This document shows, in pieces, positions 8,711-17,988 of a DNA stretch of 64,000 nt. A model generated the notes under the pieces. The model had not been told where the DNA came from. It ran no database searches and was given only the letters and a program-made list of their open reading frames with translations. The DNA is taken from NCBI GenBank assembly GCA_046540995.1, contig JBKHED010000005.1, positions 32,052 to 96,051 of the forward strand, in the 5' to 3' direction. Position 1 is the first letter of the stretch; each line of letters starts with the position of its first letter. The position numbers and the translations under genes are program-made. Source of the DNA: Spirochaetaceae bacterium. GTDB lineage: Bacteria > Spirochaetota > Spirochaetia > DSM-27196 > Alkalispirochaetaceae.

Positions 8711-10753
8711 TCAGAGTGTACGAATCAGCGTTCCGGTGAGCTTGCGTAGGAGAGCGATCTTTCGTACCTGTACCTTCACCGGTCTGTTCTCCGGCAGGGA
8801 GGTACCGTGCAGAATGACGTCATTACTCCCCTTTTCGAGGGAGCGGGGTCGAAGGAGCATTCGCTCCGGGTCCGCGCCGGGTTTTCGGGTAAGCACTTCC
8901 AGAAGATCCCCGGAGGCGGAGAGGGCAGCCTCGATAATTCTGATCTTGCCGAGGTAATCGAGCCCTCGAGCTTCCGCCGCGGCTCGACGGGCGGCCTCGT
9001 TTTCGAGCTGCTCCGAGTAGAGGAGTAGCTTCATATCCAATCGCCGGTTTAGCTCCTGCTTCACCTCTTCTCCGGTCCGTAACTCCCCGATCCGCCTGCG
9101 CAGGCGCTCGGTGAGCTGTTCAGCCTCTCGGGAGTCGCCGTCAGATGCTGTGCCGGGGCGGGTCAACTCCTCCGAGGTGGAGACGGCGAGGCGGTTTCGT
9201 TCCTGTGGGGGAGACTCGAACGGGTAGGACCCTGCGGCGCTCTCTCGCCGCTCCCGCTCCACCGGGGGAACCTGCTCGAATCCGATCTCCGCGAGAGCCC
9301 TTCGCCATTCCCGCTCCGGACCGCGCAGCAGGTAGACCCCGTCGGCCAGGCGCCGTCGAAGATAGGGCTGAATGGCCGGCGCGTGATCGAGGAGCGTGGC
9401 CTGCCGCCCATCGGCGACAAGGACGACCCCTTCCATGAGGCGAAAGGCTCCATACTCTGAGACCCAGGCGGCGAGGGTGGTGGCGATGTTCTGCGGGAGT
9501 TTCCCGGTGAGCCCCCGGAGCTCTTCGATTCGGTTTTCACCCTCCTCGCGACCCTCACACCCTTCGAGAAAGGAGTCCCGGGTAATCTCGTAGCGGCAGA
9601 ACCGGTCGTACCGGAGAATTCGGGCGAGCTTCGCGGCCCGGAGATGGGTCTCCATCGGCGCTTCCATGGGAAGGGTGATCTCGAAGTTCGGCGATAGGAG
9701 GCTACCCCCGACGGAGCGAGCCTCTCCTTCCCGGTTCTCCTCCCTCGGCGAGAGGGCGAGCTGCAGATATCCCTCCTCCCGAGCTTGGAGAAACCCCGCG
9801 TCGGTGAGGCTCTCGAGCAGCGCCTCCCCGCTCTCCGTTGCGCCCCCCTGGCCGGTTAAAATTATTCCCAGATATCGGCCGAGGCGCGTCGGCTCATAGG
9901 ATCGAGCCGGATCGAGGCGGCTGACGAGCTCCCGTATCCCGGCGACGCCGGCGTAGAGCTCTCGGGAGCCTCGGACCCCGGAAGCGGCGCAGATCCCCAG
10001 CAGCTCGATCCACTCCTCCGGGAACTCCGCAAGCCGCCGGATCCCTTCCTCCTCCAACTCCAGGGTGCCCGCCCCTTCTCGCAGGAGACCGAGATGGCGA
10101 AGGCCTCGGAGGAGGAAGGAGAGGCGAGGCGGCAGCCGCTCGCCTGCCGGGGCGAGTCCGGTCTCCTGCTCTTCTTCTGAGAGCAGAAGAGGAAAGCGCT
10201 GCGACAGCGCCTCCTCCGACTTCTTCTTGAGCTCACCGCTGCTCTTGAGGGGATCCGGAAACTCCCGTAGGAACGCCATAAACGCGGGTATCAGGGAGGG
10301 CCGAAACCACGGCTCCCGCCGCTTGTCGGCGTCCGCGGGGCGAGAGGGAACCAGGGAGGTCGCGGCCACGGCTTCCCGCAGATAGGGTTCCAGGAGCGGG
10401 TTCACTCGAAACCGGTGGGTGGCGCGGTTAGTTAGGAGAATGAGACGGTCTTGGAGATTCAGAAGCCGATTGTGAAGCTCCAGGTACCCGTGGGTATCCC
10501 CGAAGAAGAAGTGGAGATCGCGCTCGGTGGGTTCTCGAAAGTAGTGCACCGCCGCCAGGAGCTCCCGGTCCCGGAAGTCGAGAAACGCTTTGATCCGCCG
10601 AAGCGTCTCCTCCCGGGTGAGAAAGCGCTCGAGCCGTTGAATGAGGCTGTGCTTGTTGAAGGGGGTGGAGAGCGGGCCGAGGTAGTTGCGCATTACCGCG
10701 AAGAAATCCTCGTCTTCTAGAGAGAGGAGAAACTCCGAAAAGCCGTCATTCAC
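8711..10753 (-). CDS. XPB-helicase-associated protein containing an XPB-N-terminal-like domain (function unknown)
   Basis: Starts 5 nt after the XPB stop. Residues about 345-470 (SPNFEITLP...YEITRDSFL...LPQNIATTLAAWVSEYGAFRLMEG) align by eye to the N-terminal domain of the upstream helicase. Confidence 0.7.
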   Translation of the reverse strand: MNDGFSEFLLSLEDEDFFAVMRNYLGPLSTPFNKHSLIQRLERFLTREETLRRIKAFLDFRDRELLAAVHYFREPTERDLHFFFGDTHGYLELHNRLLNLQDRLILLTNRATHRFRVNPLLEPYLREAVAATSLVPSRPADADKRREPWFRPSLIPAFMAFLREFPDPLKSSGELKKKSEEALSQRFPLLLSEEEQETGLAPAGERLPPRLSFLLRGLRHLGLLREGAGTLELEEEGIRRLAEFPEEWIELLGICAASGVRGSRELYAGVAGIRELVSRLDPARSYEPTRLGRYLGIILTGQGGATESGEALLESLTDAGFLQAREEGYLQLALSPREENREGEARSVGGSLLSPNFEITLPMEAPMETHLRAAKLARILRYDRFCRYEITRDSFLEGCEGREEGENRIEELRGLTGKLPQNIATTLAAWVSEYGAFRLMEGVVLVADGRQATLLDHAPAIQPYLRRRLADGVYLLRGPEREWRRALAEIGFEQVPPVERERRESAAGSYPFESPPQERNRLAVSTSEELTRPGTASDGDSREAEQLTERLRRRIGELRTGEEVKQELNRRLDMKLLLYSEQLENEAARRAAAEARGLDYLGKIRIIEAALSASGDLLEVLTRKPGADPERMLLRPRSLEKGSNDVILHGTSLPENRPVKVQVRKIALLRKLTGTLIRTL

Positions 10754-10758
10754 CTGCC

Positions 10759-12435
10759 CTACTCCTGCCAGTACTCGATATGGTACTTGTACCCCTGTTC
10801 AGTGAGGAACTTCTGTCGATTTGCCGCGAAAGCTTCTTCTACACTCATCCTGGTGACGATTGTGTAGAAATAGGAGTTCCGGTTTTTCTTCGGACGAAGA
10901 ATGCGTCCAAGCCGTTGCGCCTCCTCCTGCCGTGAGCCGAAGGTGCCGGAGATCTGTATTGCCATGGAGGCGTCCGGGAGATCGATGGCAAAGTTGGCGA
11001 CCTTGGAGACGACGATGACCCGAAGCTCTCCCTTGCGAAAGGCGGCGTAGATCTCTTCCCGCCGCCTGTTCGGGGTCTTGCCGGTTATAATCGGCGCATT
11101 CAGGAGCTCGGCGATTTCGCTCAGTTGCTTGAGGTACTGGCCTATGACGAGAATTGCATCCTCTCGATGGTTCTCCACCAGCTGTCGGGCGACCTCGAGC
11201 TTCGTCGGGTTTTCGCTGGCGATGCGAAACTTTCCCCGCTTGTCCGCAACGGCGTACTCCACCCGCTTATCCTGGGGAAGCTCCAGTCTGATCTCGTAGC
11301 AGTTCGCCTCGGCGATCCACCCCTTCTTCTCGAGCTCCTTCCAGGGAACGTCGTACCGCTTAGGCCCCACCAGAGAGAAGACATCCTCCTCGTGACCATC
11401 CTCCCGGACCAGCGTAGCGGTGAGGCCGAGGCGCCGGACGGCCTGGAGTTCCGCGGTCACCCGAAACATCGGCGCCGGAACGAGATGCACTTCGTCGTAG
11501 ATAATGAGGCCCCAGTTACGGCTGCGAAAGAGATCGAAATGGGGGAAATCCTCCTCCCTGCTTGCCCGCCAGACGAGGATCTGGTAGGTCGCCACGGTGA
11601 TCGGCCTAATCTGCTTTCGATCCCCGGTGTACTCGCCGATCTCATCTTCCGTTAGGGTCGTCTTGTCCAGAAGCTCATCGATCCACTGGTGCACCGCCGC
11701 GACGTTGGTAGTGAGAATGAGAGTGTTGGTCTCCAGAAGCTCCATGGCGGCCATGCCGACGATCGTCTTTCCGGCGCCGCAGGGGAGGACTATGGTACCG
11801 AAGCCGTTGCCCCGGCGCCCCTCTCCGTAGAAGCTCTCGGCAGCCTCCCGCTGGTAGTCCCTGAGGATAAAGGTATCCCCGGAGCTCATCCTTTCGCGAA
11901 AGGTGAGGGGCTGATACTCCCCCTCTTCTAGCGGAGCGAGATCCTCCACCGGGTAGCCGATGCGGGTAAGCTCCTGTTTGAGGGTACCCCGGTCATAGAG
12001 GGAGACGAGAAAGCCCTCCGCCTCGCTCTCCGGCCTCAGGAGATTCGAAATCCGCTTCTGACTCAGTAGCTCCTGCCGCAGCTCCGGCTGGGAGAGTTCG
12101 AGACGGAGGGTGTGAGGGTCCCCGCTTTCGACCAGCTTCAGGATGCCGTATCGGGAAATGGTGTCTCGAACGGTGAAGGCGACGTTGTCCGGAACGGGAT
12201 ACCGGGCGTGGCGCTCCAGGGCGTCAATGACCTCCTCCGCGGTGGCGCCGGCGGAGGCGGCGTTCCAGAGTGAAAGGGGGGTCATTCGGTAGGTGTGCAT
12301 ATGCTCCGGAGACTTCTCGAGCTCCGCGAAGACTCCGATTTCCGCCCTGGCCTCCTCGGCTCCCGGGGCATGGACATCGAGAAGAAGAGAACCGTCGCTT
12401 TGTACGATGAGCGCGTCGCTGCGGGTTTGGGTCAT
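10759..12435 (-). CDS. xpb: XPB/ERCC3/Rad25-family SF2 DNA helicase
   Basis: Motifs VLPCGAGKT (I), IYDEVH (II) and GLTATLVRED (III). The N-terminal damage-recognition-like domain contains YRMTPLSLWNA. Confidence 0.9.
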   Translation of the reverse strand: MTQTRSDALIVQSDGSLLLDVHAPGAEEARAEIGVFAELEKSPEHMHTYRMTPLSLWNAASAGATAEEVIDALERHARYPVPDNVAFTVRDTISRYGILKLVESGDPHTLRLELSQPELRQELLSQKRISNLLRPESEAEGFLVSLYDRGTLKQELTRIGYPVEDLAPLEEGEYQPLTFRERMSSGDTFILRDYQREAAESFYGEGRRGNGFGTIVLPCGAGKTIVGMAAMELLETNTLILTTNVAAVHQWIDELLDKTTLTEDEIGEYTGDRKQIRPITVATYQILVWRASREEDFPHFDLFRSRNWGLIIYDEVHLVPAPMFRVTAELQAVRRLGLTATLVREDGHEEDVFSLVGPKRYDVPWKELEKKGWIAEANCYEIRLELPQDKRVEYAVADKRGKFRIASENPTKLEVARQLVENHREDAILVIGQYLKQLSEIAELLNAPIITGKTPNRRREEIYAAFRKGELRVIVVSKVANFAIDLPDASMAIQISGTFGSRQEEAQRLGRILRPKKNRNSYFYTIVTRMSVEEAFAANRQKFLTEQGYKYHIEYWQE

Positions 12436-12443
12436 GCTCGTGC

Positions 12444-12472
12444 AAGATAGCGATGGATTAACAAACTTTCAA
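12444..12472 (-). promoter_or_regulatory. promoter of the xpb operon (leaderless-type spacing)
   Basis: On the minus strand: TTGAAA, 17 nt, TATCTT, then 8 nt to the ATG at 12435. Confidence 0.45.
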
Positions 12473-12515
12473 CTGAGCGAGGAGTAGACTATGATTGGAG
12501 CGGGAGAGGAACGAA

Positions 12516-13817
12516 ATGCTTAACGGCAGCAAGATCTTCGTCATTGACACCAACGTTTTCATACACCGGCCGGAAGCGATCTTGAGCTTTAAGGACAACG
12601 AGGTGGTGGTCCCGCTCTGGGTCCTCGAGGAGTTGGACAAGCTCAAGACCTTCAGCGATGAGCGAGGAAGAAACGCCCGCCACGCCATCCGCTTTCTCGA
12701 CGAAGCCGGGCGCCATGGGGACTTGAGCAAAGGGGTCCGAATCGAGAATGGATCGGTGCTTCGTGTCGTGGCGAGTCAGCCCACCGACGTCCCTCACGAT
12801 ATGCTCCAGGAAAAGACGGACAACAAGATTATCCTTACCGCCTACCAACTACAGAAGGAAGGATGGCGGGTCTTCTTTGTTTCCAAAGATATTAACGCCC
12901 GGGTCAAGGCGACGGCGCTCGGTCTCAAGGCGGTGGACTACGAGAAGCAGAAAGTCAATATCGACAAACTCTACGCCGGCTATACCGCCATGGACACGAA
13001 GAGCGAGACCTATGAGGAGCTCAAGGAAGAGGGGGAGATACCCTGGCCCGAGGAGCTACCGCCGAACCACTTTCTCATTCTTCGGGAGAAGAACCGGGAA
13101 GAGCCGATTATCGGGCAGTACCACGCCGACAGCGGCTCCTTGCGCTACGTGAGCCACAAGTTTCCGTCGGTGGCCGGCGTGCGCCCCCTGAACGACGAGC
13201 AGCGAATGGCCTTCGAGCTACTGCTTGATGATTCGATTAACCTTGTCACCTTGCTGGGCAAGGCGGGCACGGGAAAGACCCTTCTCGCAATCGCCGCGGG
13301 GCTCAAAAAGGTGATGGAGGAGAAGAGCTACAGCCGGGTTCTGGTGAGCCGGCCGGTCATTCCCCTGGGCAAGGATATCGGCTACCTCCCGGGAGCAAAG
13401 AACGAGAAGCTCTCCCACTGGATGCAGCCGCTCTTCGACAACCTCGAGTTCATTCTCAGCGTCTATCAGCGTCCGAACATCCGCAACATGGAGCAGCTTC
13501 TCGGTTCCAATCACATCGAGCTCGAGGCGATTAGCTACATCAGAGGCCGCAGCCTGCCGAGCCAGTTTATTATTATCGATGAGGCGCAGAACCTCTCTCC
13601 CCACGAGATTAAGACCATCGTCTCCCGGGCGGGCACGGGGAGTAAGGTCGTACTCACCGGCGACCCCTATCAGATCGACAGTCCCTACCTTGACGCGAAC
13701 TCCAATGGGCTCTCCTACCTGGTCGAGGCGTTCAAGGGACAGCCGCTCTTTGGGCATGTAACTATGACCCGAAGCGAGAGGAGCCGCCTGGCGGAGCTTG
13801 CGGCGGAACTGCTCTGA
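12516..13817 (+). CDS. PIN-domain / PhoH-like ATPase fusion (PhoH2/YlaK type)
   Basis: PIN N-terminus IFVIDTNVFIH; Walker A LLGKAGTGKT; IIIDEAQN. The ATG at 12516 is preceded by GGAGAGGA. The longest ORF starts at a TTG at 12495. Confidence 0.85.
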   Translation: MLNGSKIFVIDTNVFIHRPEAILSFKDNEVVVPLWVLEELDKLKTFSDERGRNARHAIRFLDEAGRHGDLSKGVRIENGSVLRVVASQPTDVPHDMLQEKTDNKIILTAYQLQKEGWRVFFVSKDINARVKATALGLKAVDYEKQKVNIDKLYAGYTAMDTKSETYEELKEEGEIPWPEELPPNHFLILREKNREEPIIGQYHADSGSLRYVSHKFPSVAGVRPLNDEQRMAFELLLDDSINLVTLLGKAGTGKTLLAIAAGLKKVMEEKSYSRVLVSRPVIPLGKDIGYLPGAKNEKLSHWMQPLFDNLEFILSVYQRPNIRNMEQLLGSNHIELEAISYIRGRSLPSQFIIIDEAQNLSPHEIKTIVSRAGTGSKVVLTGDPYQIDSPYLDANSNGLSYLVEAFKGQPLFGHVTMTRSERSRLAELAAELL

Positions 13818-13863
13818 CGACGCCGGTCTCGGGCGGGAGATTGTGAAAAATCTCTTTCCGTCC

Positions 13864-13892
13864 TTGCGCGGGTAGTTGGACTATCCTATAGT
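13864..13892 (+). promoter_or_regulatory. candidate promoter for the 62-aa ORF / propeller-NodB / fliS unit
   Basis: TTGCGC, 17 nt, TATAGT, then 8 nt to the ATG at 13901. Confidence 0.35.
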
Positions 13893-13900
13893 GAGGCGTG

Positions 13901-14086
13901 ATGAGTGATCGCAGCGACGGCAGCTTTCACAGCCTCGATGAGCTCCTGGACTATCCCTTTGAGCGGATAGAGACGGAGCTAACCCCCACCCTCCTGGAGC
14001 GCCTGGAGCAACTCGAGCAGAGGCTGCAGGAGATGGATGACGAGCTAACGGAGTATCTCGACCGTTCCACCTGTACCATTCAGTAG
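13901..14086 (+). CDS. small acidic hypothetical protein
   Basis: ORF only. It is helical and acidic (LEQLEQRLQEMDDELTEY). A promoter-like element lies directly upstream. Confidence 0.4.
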   Translation: MSDRSDGSFHSLDELLDYPFERIETELTPTLLERLEQLEQRLQEMDDELTEYLDRSTCTIQ

Positions 14087-14139
14087 ATTCCCGGATTTCG
14101 TGTTAACATTTTCTCTGCGGTGCCGATTACCTACAGTAG

Positions 14140-16455
14140 ATGGGAAGATGGGGTAGTGTGTTGAAACGGGTTCTTTTTCTCTTCTTACTCGCGGCTCTGG
14201 TTCTCTTCTCCGTCAGCGGGGAAGTCACCTTTGGCGGGCTCGATCTCAATGGTAACAATCAGCTCGTTTTCTCGGCGATGGTCGACGCCCCGGAGTTCGG
14301 TGAGTACGCCACGCTCTTCGAGGCCGATCTGGTTCAGGGAAGAATGCGGCAACTCTCCTACTTTCCCGAGGAGATGATCTACCTCCGGGAGAGTGACCAG
14401 CTCCAGATTCAGAACCGCTTCGGGGTTTTTCGCTCCGCCGAGGGACTTACCGATTTCCAGCCACTCTCGGAGTTTCCTTCTTTCGTAACCGGAGACGAGG
14501 TGGCAACCGGAAAACTGCCACCGATCGCCTCTTCTCCCGACGGTTCGCATCTCGTCTTTATGGAAACGACTTCGGCGGCCTACGGAAACCTGATCCTCTA
14601 CAACATCGAGGAGGGGAGTCGACAGGTGCTCACCCGGGGGGTAGAGTTCGACGTGGAAAGCCCGCCGGTGCGCTGGGCCCCGGAGTCGGACTACCTGGTC
14701 TACGAGAAGGGCCGGGGACTCTACTACTATCCGCTGGAAGGTGAGGGCGGACGGGAGCTCGGTGAGGAGCAGCGACATATCGGCGAGGGCTCGATTAGAA
14801 ACGCCCGCTGGGGCCCGGACAACAACCTCTATTACATTCGCGGTTCCGTGGTATATCGCATTCTGAGCGTCGAGTTTTTCACCCGTTCCCTCTATCGGGA
14901 CCTGCTGCAGGTGGGCACCGTGGTTGGAAAGCTTCCCTACGATTTCGATCCGAACTTCGACGATTTCTGGATCGCTCCGGACGGCAGGAAGATTCTTCTG
15001 AGCAAGGAGGGGCGAAACGTTACCCTCTACTACCTACAGAACGACGACTTTCTCTCCACCGGAGAGACCGTATCACTTCCCTACCTCTTTCTTCCCAGGA
15101 ACAGCAGAGTTCTCGACGTTCTCTGGTCCCGGTCCGATGTCATTACGCTTATGGCCGGGAGCATCCGAAAAGGAGAGCGATCTCGAGCGCTCTATCGCCT
15201 CGACGCGCGGATCCCGGATCAGGCGACTCGGTTCCGCCGGGTGAGCGAAGAGCCGGTCCGGGGAGTGGTCCTCTCGCCGGATGAGCGGCAGGCGGCGGTG
15301 CTCACCAATGACCAGGTTATACTGCGGGACTACGAGAGCTGGAACCGGAGGCGGAGTTTTTCCTTTGTCTCTCCTCTCCACGCCGTCTGGACTCGGGAGA
15401 GTGACCTCGTTGTCGCCGGTGCCGACGCCACGGAGCTCATAGCGTTCTCCGAAGGCGTTCCGCAGCGCTCGATCCTTGCGTTCTCTCGGGTCGACGACTA
15501 CGCCCTCACCGAAGACGGCAGCGTCATCGCCCGCTCGGGTAGCGCAACTCGGAGCCATCTGGAGGGGTCTTGGAGCGAGGGCGGCGAGCTTCCCGAGGAG
15601 GAAGGCAACGTTGCCTCCGAAGAGTACCGGGTATACCTGCAGGATCTTCCCACCGGGAGCTATGAGAACATGGTCATGGTTCGCGATATTGAGGACCTGG
15701 GAACGGAGCCTCTCTTCTCCCGCCCGAGTCGTCGGTTCGAGCGCTTCCCAGACCGGGAGGAGCCGGTAGACCTGGACCATTTCAGCCACGGTTCGAGAAT
15801 TCGCCGTCGCGAGGTGGCGTTTGTCTTCAATGCCGTCGATTCCGTCGCCGGTCTCACGGAAATCTTAAACACCCTTGCTATATATGACGTCCGAGGGACC
15901 TTTTTCGTAAATGGGGAGTTTATTCGGCGCCATCCGGGGGCGGTGCGAGAGATTGCCGAGAGCGGGCAGGAAGTAGGATCTTTGTTCTACACCTATTTCA
16001 ATATGACCGATACTCGGTATAGAATAACTAACGACTTCATTAAGCAGGGACTCGCTCGCAACGAGGATGAGTACTTTCAGGTGACCGGGCAGGAACTTTC
16101 CCTGCTCTGGCACGCGCCTTACTATTTTGTGACTCCCGAGATAATCGAGGCGGCCGGAGAGATGAACTACGCCTATATCGGCCGAGACGTGGATAGCCTG
16201 GACTGGGTTCCTCAGCGGGACGAGAGAGGCATCTCCCGCCTCTACATGCCGACGGCGGAAATCATCGAGCGGGTTATGGAGGAGAAGAAGCCGGGCTCCA
16301 TAATCGCCATGACTGTAGGCAAACCCGGCGACGACACGCCCTACGGTGGGCGGGAAGACTACCTCTTTCAGAGGTTGGATGTGCTGTTGAACAACCTGAT
16401 CGAACGGGGCTACTCGGTGGTTCCGGTTTCGACACTAATGGACCGCGCGGAATAG
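14140..16455 (+). CDS. secreted beta-propeller (TolB-like) protein with a C-terminal NodB/polysaccharide-deacetylase-like domain that has degenerate catalytic motifs
   Basis: N-terminal signal/anchor LFLFLLAALVLFSV. The C-terminus VAFVFNAVDS...RGTFFVNGEFI...GQEVGSLFYTY matches the NodB fold pattern but lacks the TFDDG Asp pair and the H-x-x-x-H histidines. Confidence 0.7.
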   Translation: MGRWGSVLKRVLFLFLLAALVLFSVSGEVTFGGLDLNGNNQLVFSAMVDAPEFGEYATLFEADLVQGRMRQLSYFPEEMIYLRESDQLQIQNRFGVFRSAEGLTDFQPLSEFPSFVTGDEVATGKLPPIASSPDGSHLVFMETTSAAYGNLILYNIEEGSRQVLTRGVEFDVESPPVRWAPESDYLVYEKGRGLYYYPLEGEGGRELGEEQRHIGEGSIRNARWGPDNNLYYIRGSVVYRILSVEFFTRSLYRDLLQVGTVVGKLPYDFDPNFDDFWIAPDGRKILLSKEGRNVTLYYLQNDDFLSTGETVSLPYLFLPRNSRVLDVLWSRSDVITLMAGSIRKGERSRALYRLDARIPDQATRFRRVSEEPVRGVVLSPDERQAAVLTNDQVILRDYESWNRRRSFSFVSPLHAVWTRESDLVVAGADATELIAFSEGVPQRSILAFSRVDDYALTEDGSVIARSGSATRSHLEGSWSEGGELPEEEGNVASEEYRVYLQDLPTGSYENMVMVRDIEDLGTEPLFSRPSRRFERFPDREEPVDLDHFSHGSRIRRREVAFVFNAVDSVAGLTEILNTLAIYDVRGTFFVNGEFIRRHPGAVREIAESGQEVGSLFYTYFNMTDTRYRITNDFIKQGLARNEDEYFQVTGQELSLLWHAPYYFVTPEIIEAAGEMNYAYIGRDVDSLDWVPQRDERGISRLYMPTAEIIERVMEEKKPGSIIAMTVGKPGDDTPYGGREDYLFQRLDVLLNNLIERGYSVVPVSTLMDRAE

Positions 16456-16464
16456 GAGGGGACT

Positions 16465-16890
16465 ATGTCTTACTACGCTCATTCGGTGAACGCCTACAAG
16501 GAGACTCGGGTAAAGACCGCCGGGCGCGGGCGTATCATCGTCATGCTCTACGACGAAGCGATCAAGCAGCTGGACTCCGCCGTTGAGCTTCTGGAGCAGA
16601 AGACAAAGCAGCTCGATAAGGTCAACAACGCTATTACGAAGGCGCAGGACATAATTGCGGAGCTCATGGTTTCGCTGGACTTCGAGCAGGGCGGGGAGAT
16701 CGCCCGAAATCTCTTCCGCCTCTATCTCTACTTCAACGATGAGCTCATGGAGGCGAACATAAAGAAGGAAGTGGACCCGATCCGCGGGGTTCGGCGATAT
16801 CTCGCGGAGCTTAGAACCGCCTGGAAACAGATAGAGAGTCAAGCGTCCGGCCCCGCGGGCGGTGGGCAGGGCGTCAATATCGCCGGGTAG
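16465..16890 (+). CDS. fliS: flagellin-specific chaperone FliS
   Basis: Typical FliS sequence: AYKETRV...MLYDEAIKQL...AQDIIAELMVSLD...NLFRLYLYFNDEL. SD AGGAGG lies upstream. Confidence 0.9.
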   Translation: MSYYAHSVNAYKETRVKTAGRGRIIVMLYDEAIKQLDSAVELLEQKTKQLDKVNNAITKAQDIIAELMVSLDFEQGGEIARNLFRLYLYFNDELMEANIKKEVDPIRGVRRYLAELRTAWKQIESQASGPAGGGQGVNIAG

Positions 16891-16897
16891 GGGAATC

Positions 16898-17353
16898 ATG
16901 GTCGACGCCTACACCAAGCGAGAGCGCGTGGCGCTTCTCAATCGGCTGCGAGAGCAGTTAGTCGCGCAGCGAGAGAAGTTCGAAGAGTACCTGATCGTCC
17001 TGGAACAGCAGGAAGAGGCGATTTCCGAGGGAGACAGCGAAGGTCTCGCGCGCTACGTTGAGATGGAGACTCGGATTATCGGGGAGATCGAGGCGACACA
17101 ACGGGTGGTGGCTCCTCTATCGGCGGTCTATCGGGAAGTGACCGCCGAGCCGGACCCGGAAATCGTCGATCTTACGGAGAGCCTCGGCCGGCTCCATAAA
17201 GAGGCGAGTCAGCGCAATCGGCGTAATCAGGAACTCCTCCGAGGCGGCATCGAAACCCTGCGGCAGGAAATTGCGGCGGTTCGAAACTTTCAAAAGCCGC
17301 GCAACGTCTACTCGAGCCGGGACACCGCGACGGTTCTCGATATTTCTACCTGA
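16898..17353 (+). CDS. FlgN-like flagellar export chaperone candidate
   Basis: A 151-aa all-helical protein immediately after fliS, with an FlgN-like heptad pattern (LLNRLREQLVAQREKFEEYLIVLEQQEEAI). Confidence 0.5.
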   Translation: MVDAYTKRERVALLNRLREQLVAQREKFEEYLIVLEQQEEAISEGDSEGLARYVEMETRIIGEIEATQRVVAPLSAVYREVTAEPDPEIVDLTESLGRLHKEASQRNRRNQELLRGGIETLRQEIAAVRNFQKPRNVYSSRDTATVLDIST

Positions 17354-17379
17354 GCTTCCGAGAAAAGCGTACTACCTGT

Positions 17380-17910
17380 CTAGCTGCTCCGGCTCATGTA
17401 GACCTGGCTGGAGCGGTCGAATTTGGGGAAGGAGGCGATCTCCTCCGAGGAGTAGAGATTCGAGAGCGGCTCGGGCTCGGGTTTGTAGTCTCGAGAAATG
17501 CCCGGACTGAGCTCCTTTCGCCATCTGTAGTCCTCGTGGCTATCCTCGTACTGAATCCGCTTGCGAACGACGAGGCGCGTCTTTCCCCTGTCCTCTTCCT
17601 CGGCGACGATTCCGAACGCTCCTTTACCGAGATAGCAGATCCGCTCGTCCTCCTCGAGGGACTCTTGCTCCTCTAGTCGTTTGAGAACGCTCTCGAAATT
17701 GGCCGGTTTGCCGCTGTGGGGCTCGGCTATGGCGGAGTAGATATCCTCCACCGGTTCTCCGGTCAGAGGATCGGGCTCGTACTCCCGCTCCGGCACCGGA
17801 TCCGGCAGTTTGTGTTTCTCCGGATCAAAGGCGCGTTGCTGTTTGCGGCCCCGACGGCGCCCCCGCTTCGACCGCCCGCCGGAACCCTTTGAGGAAGAGT
17901 TCTTTCCCAT
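17380..17910 (-). CDS. hypothetical protein with a basic N-terminus
   Basis: ORF with MGKNSSSKGSGGRSKRGRRRGRK at the internal ATG 17910. A promoter-like element lies 9 nt upstream. Confidence 0.55.
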   Translation of the reverse strand: MGKNSSSKGSGGRSKRGRRRGRKQQRAFDPEKHKLPDPVPEREYEPDPLTGEPVEDIYSAIAEPHSGKPANFESVLKRLEEQESLEEDERICYLGKGAFGIVAEEEDRGKTRLVVRKRIQYEDSHEDYRWRKELSPGISRDYKPEPEPLSNLYSSEEIASFPKFDRSSQVYMSRSS

Positions 17911-17919
17911 TGCCCACCA

Positions 17920-17948
17920 AATATGCACCAAGAGGGCGCCTTTTTCAA
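17920..17948 (-). promoter_or_regulatory. candidate promoter for the 17380-17910 gene
   Basis: On the minus strand: TTGAAA, 17 nt, CATATT, then 9 nt to the ATG. Confidence 0.35.
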
Positions 17949-17953
17949 TAACC

Positions 17954-17983
17954 ATGACAGCCAAAATCAGGCCGTGGTATAAG
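17954..17983 (+). promoter_or_regulatory. candidate promoter for polA
   Basis: ATGACA, 18 nt, TGgTATAAG (extended -10), then 5 nt to the ATG at 17989. Confidence 0.3.
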
Positions 17984-17988
17984 AAGGT

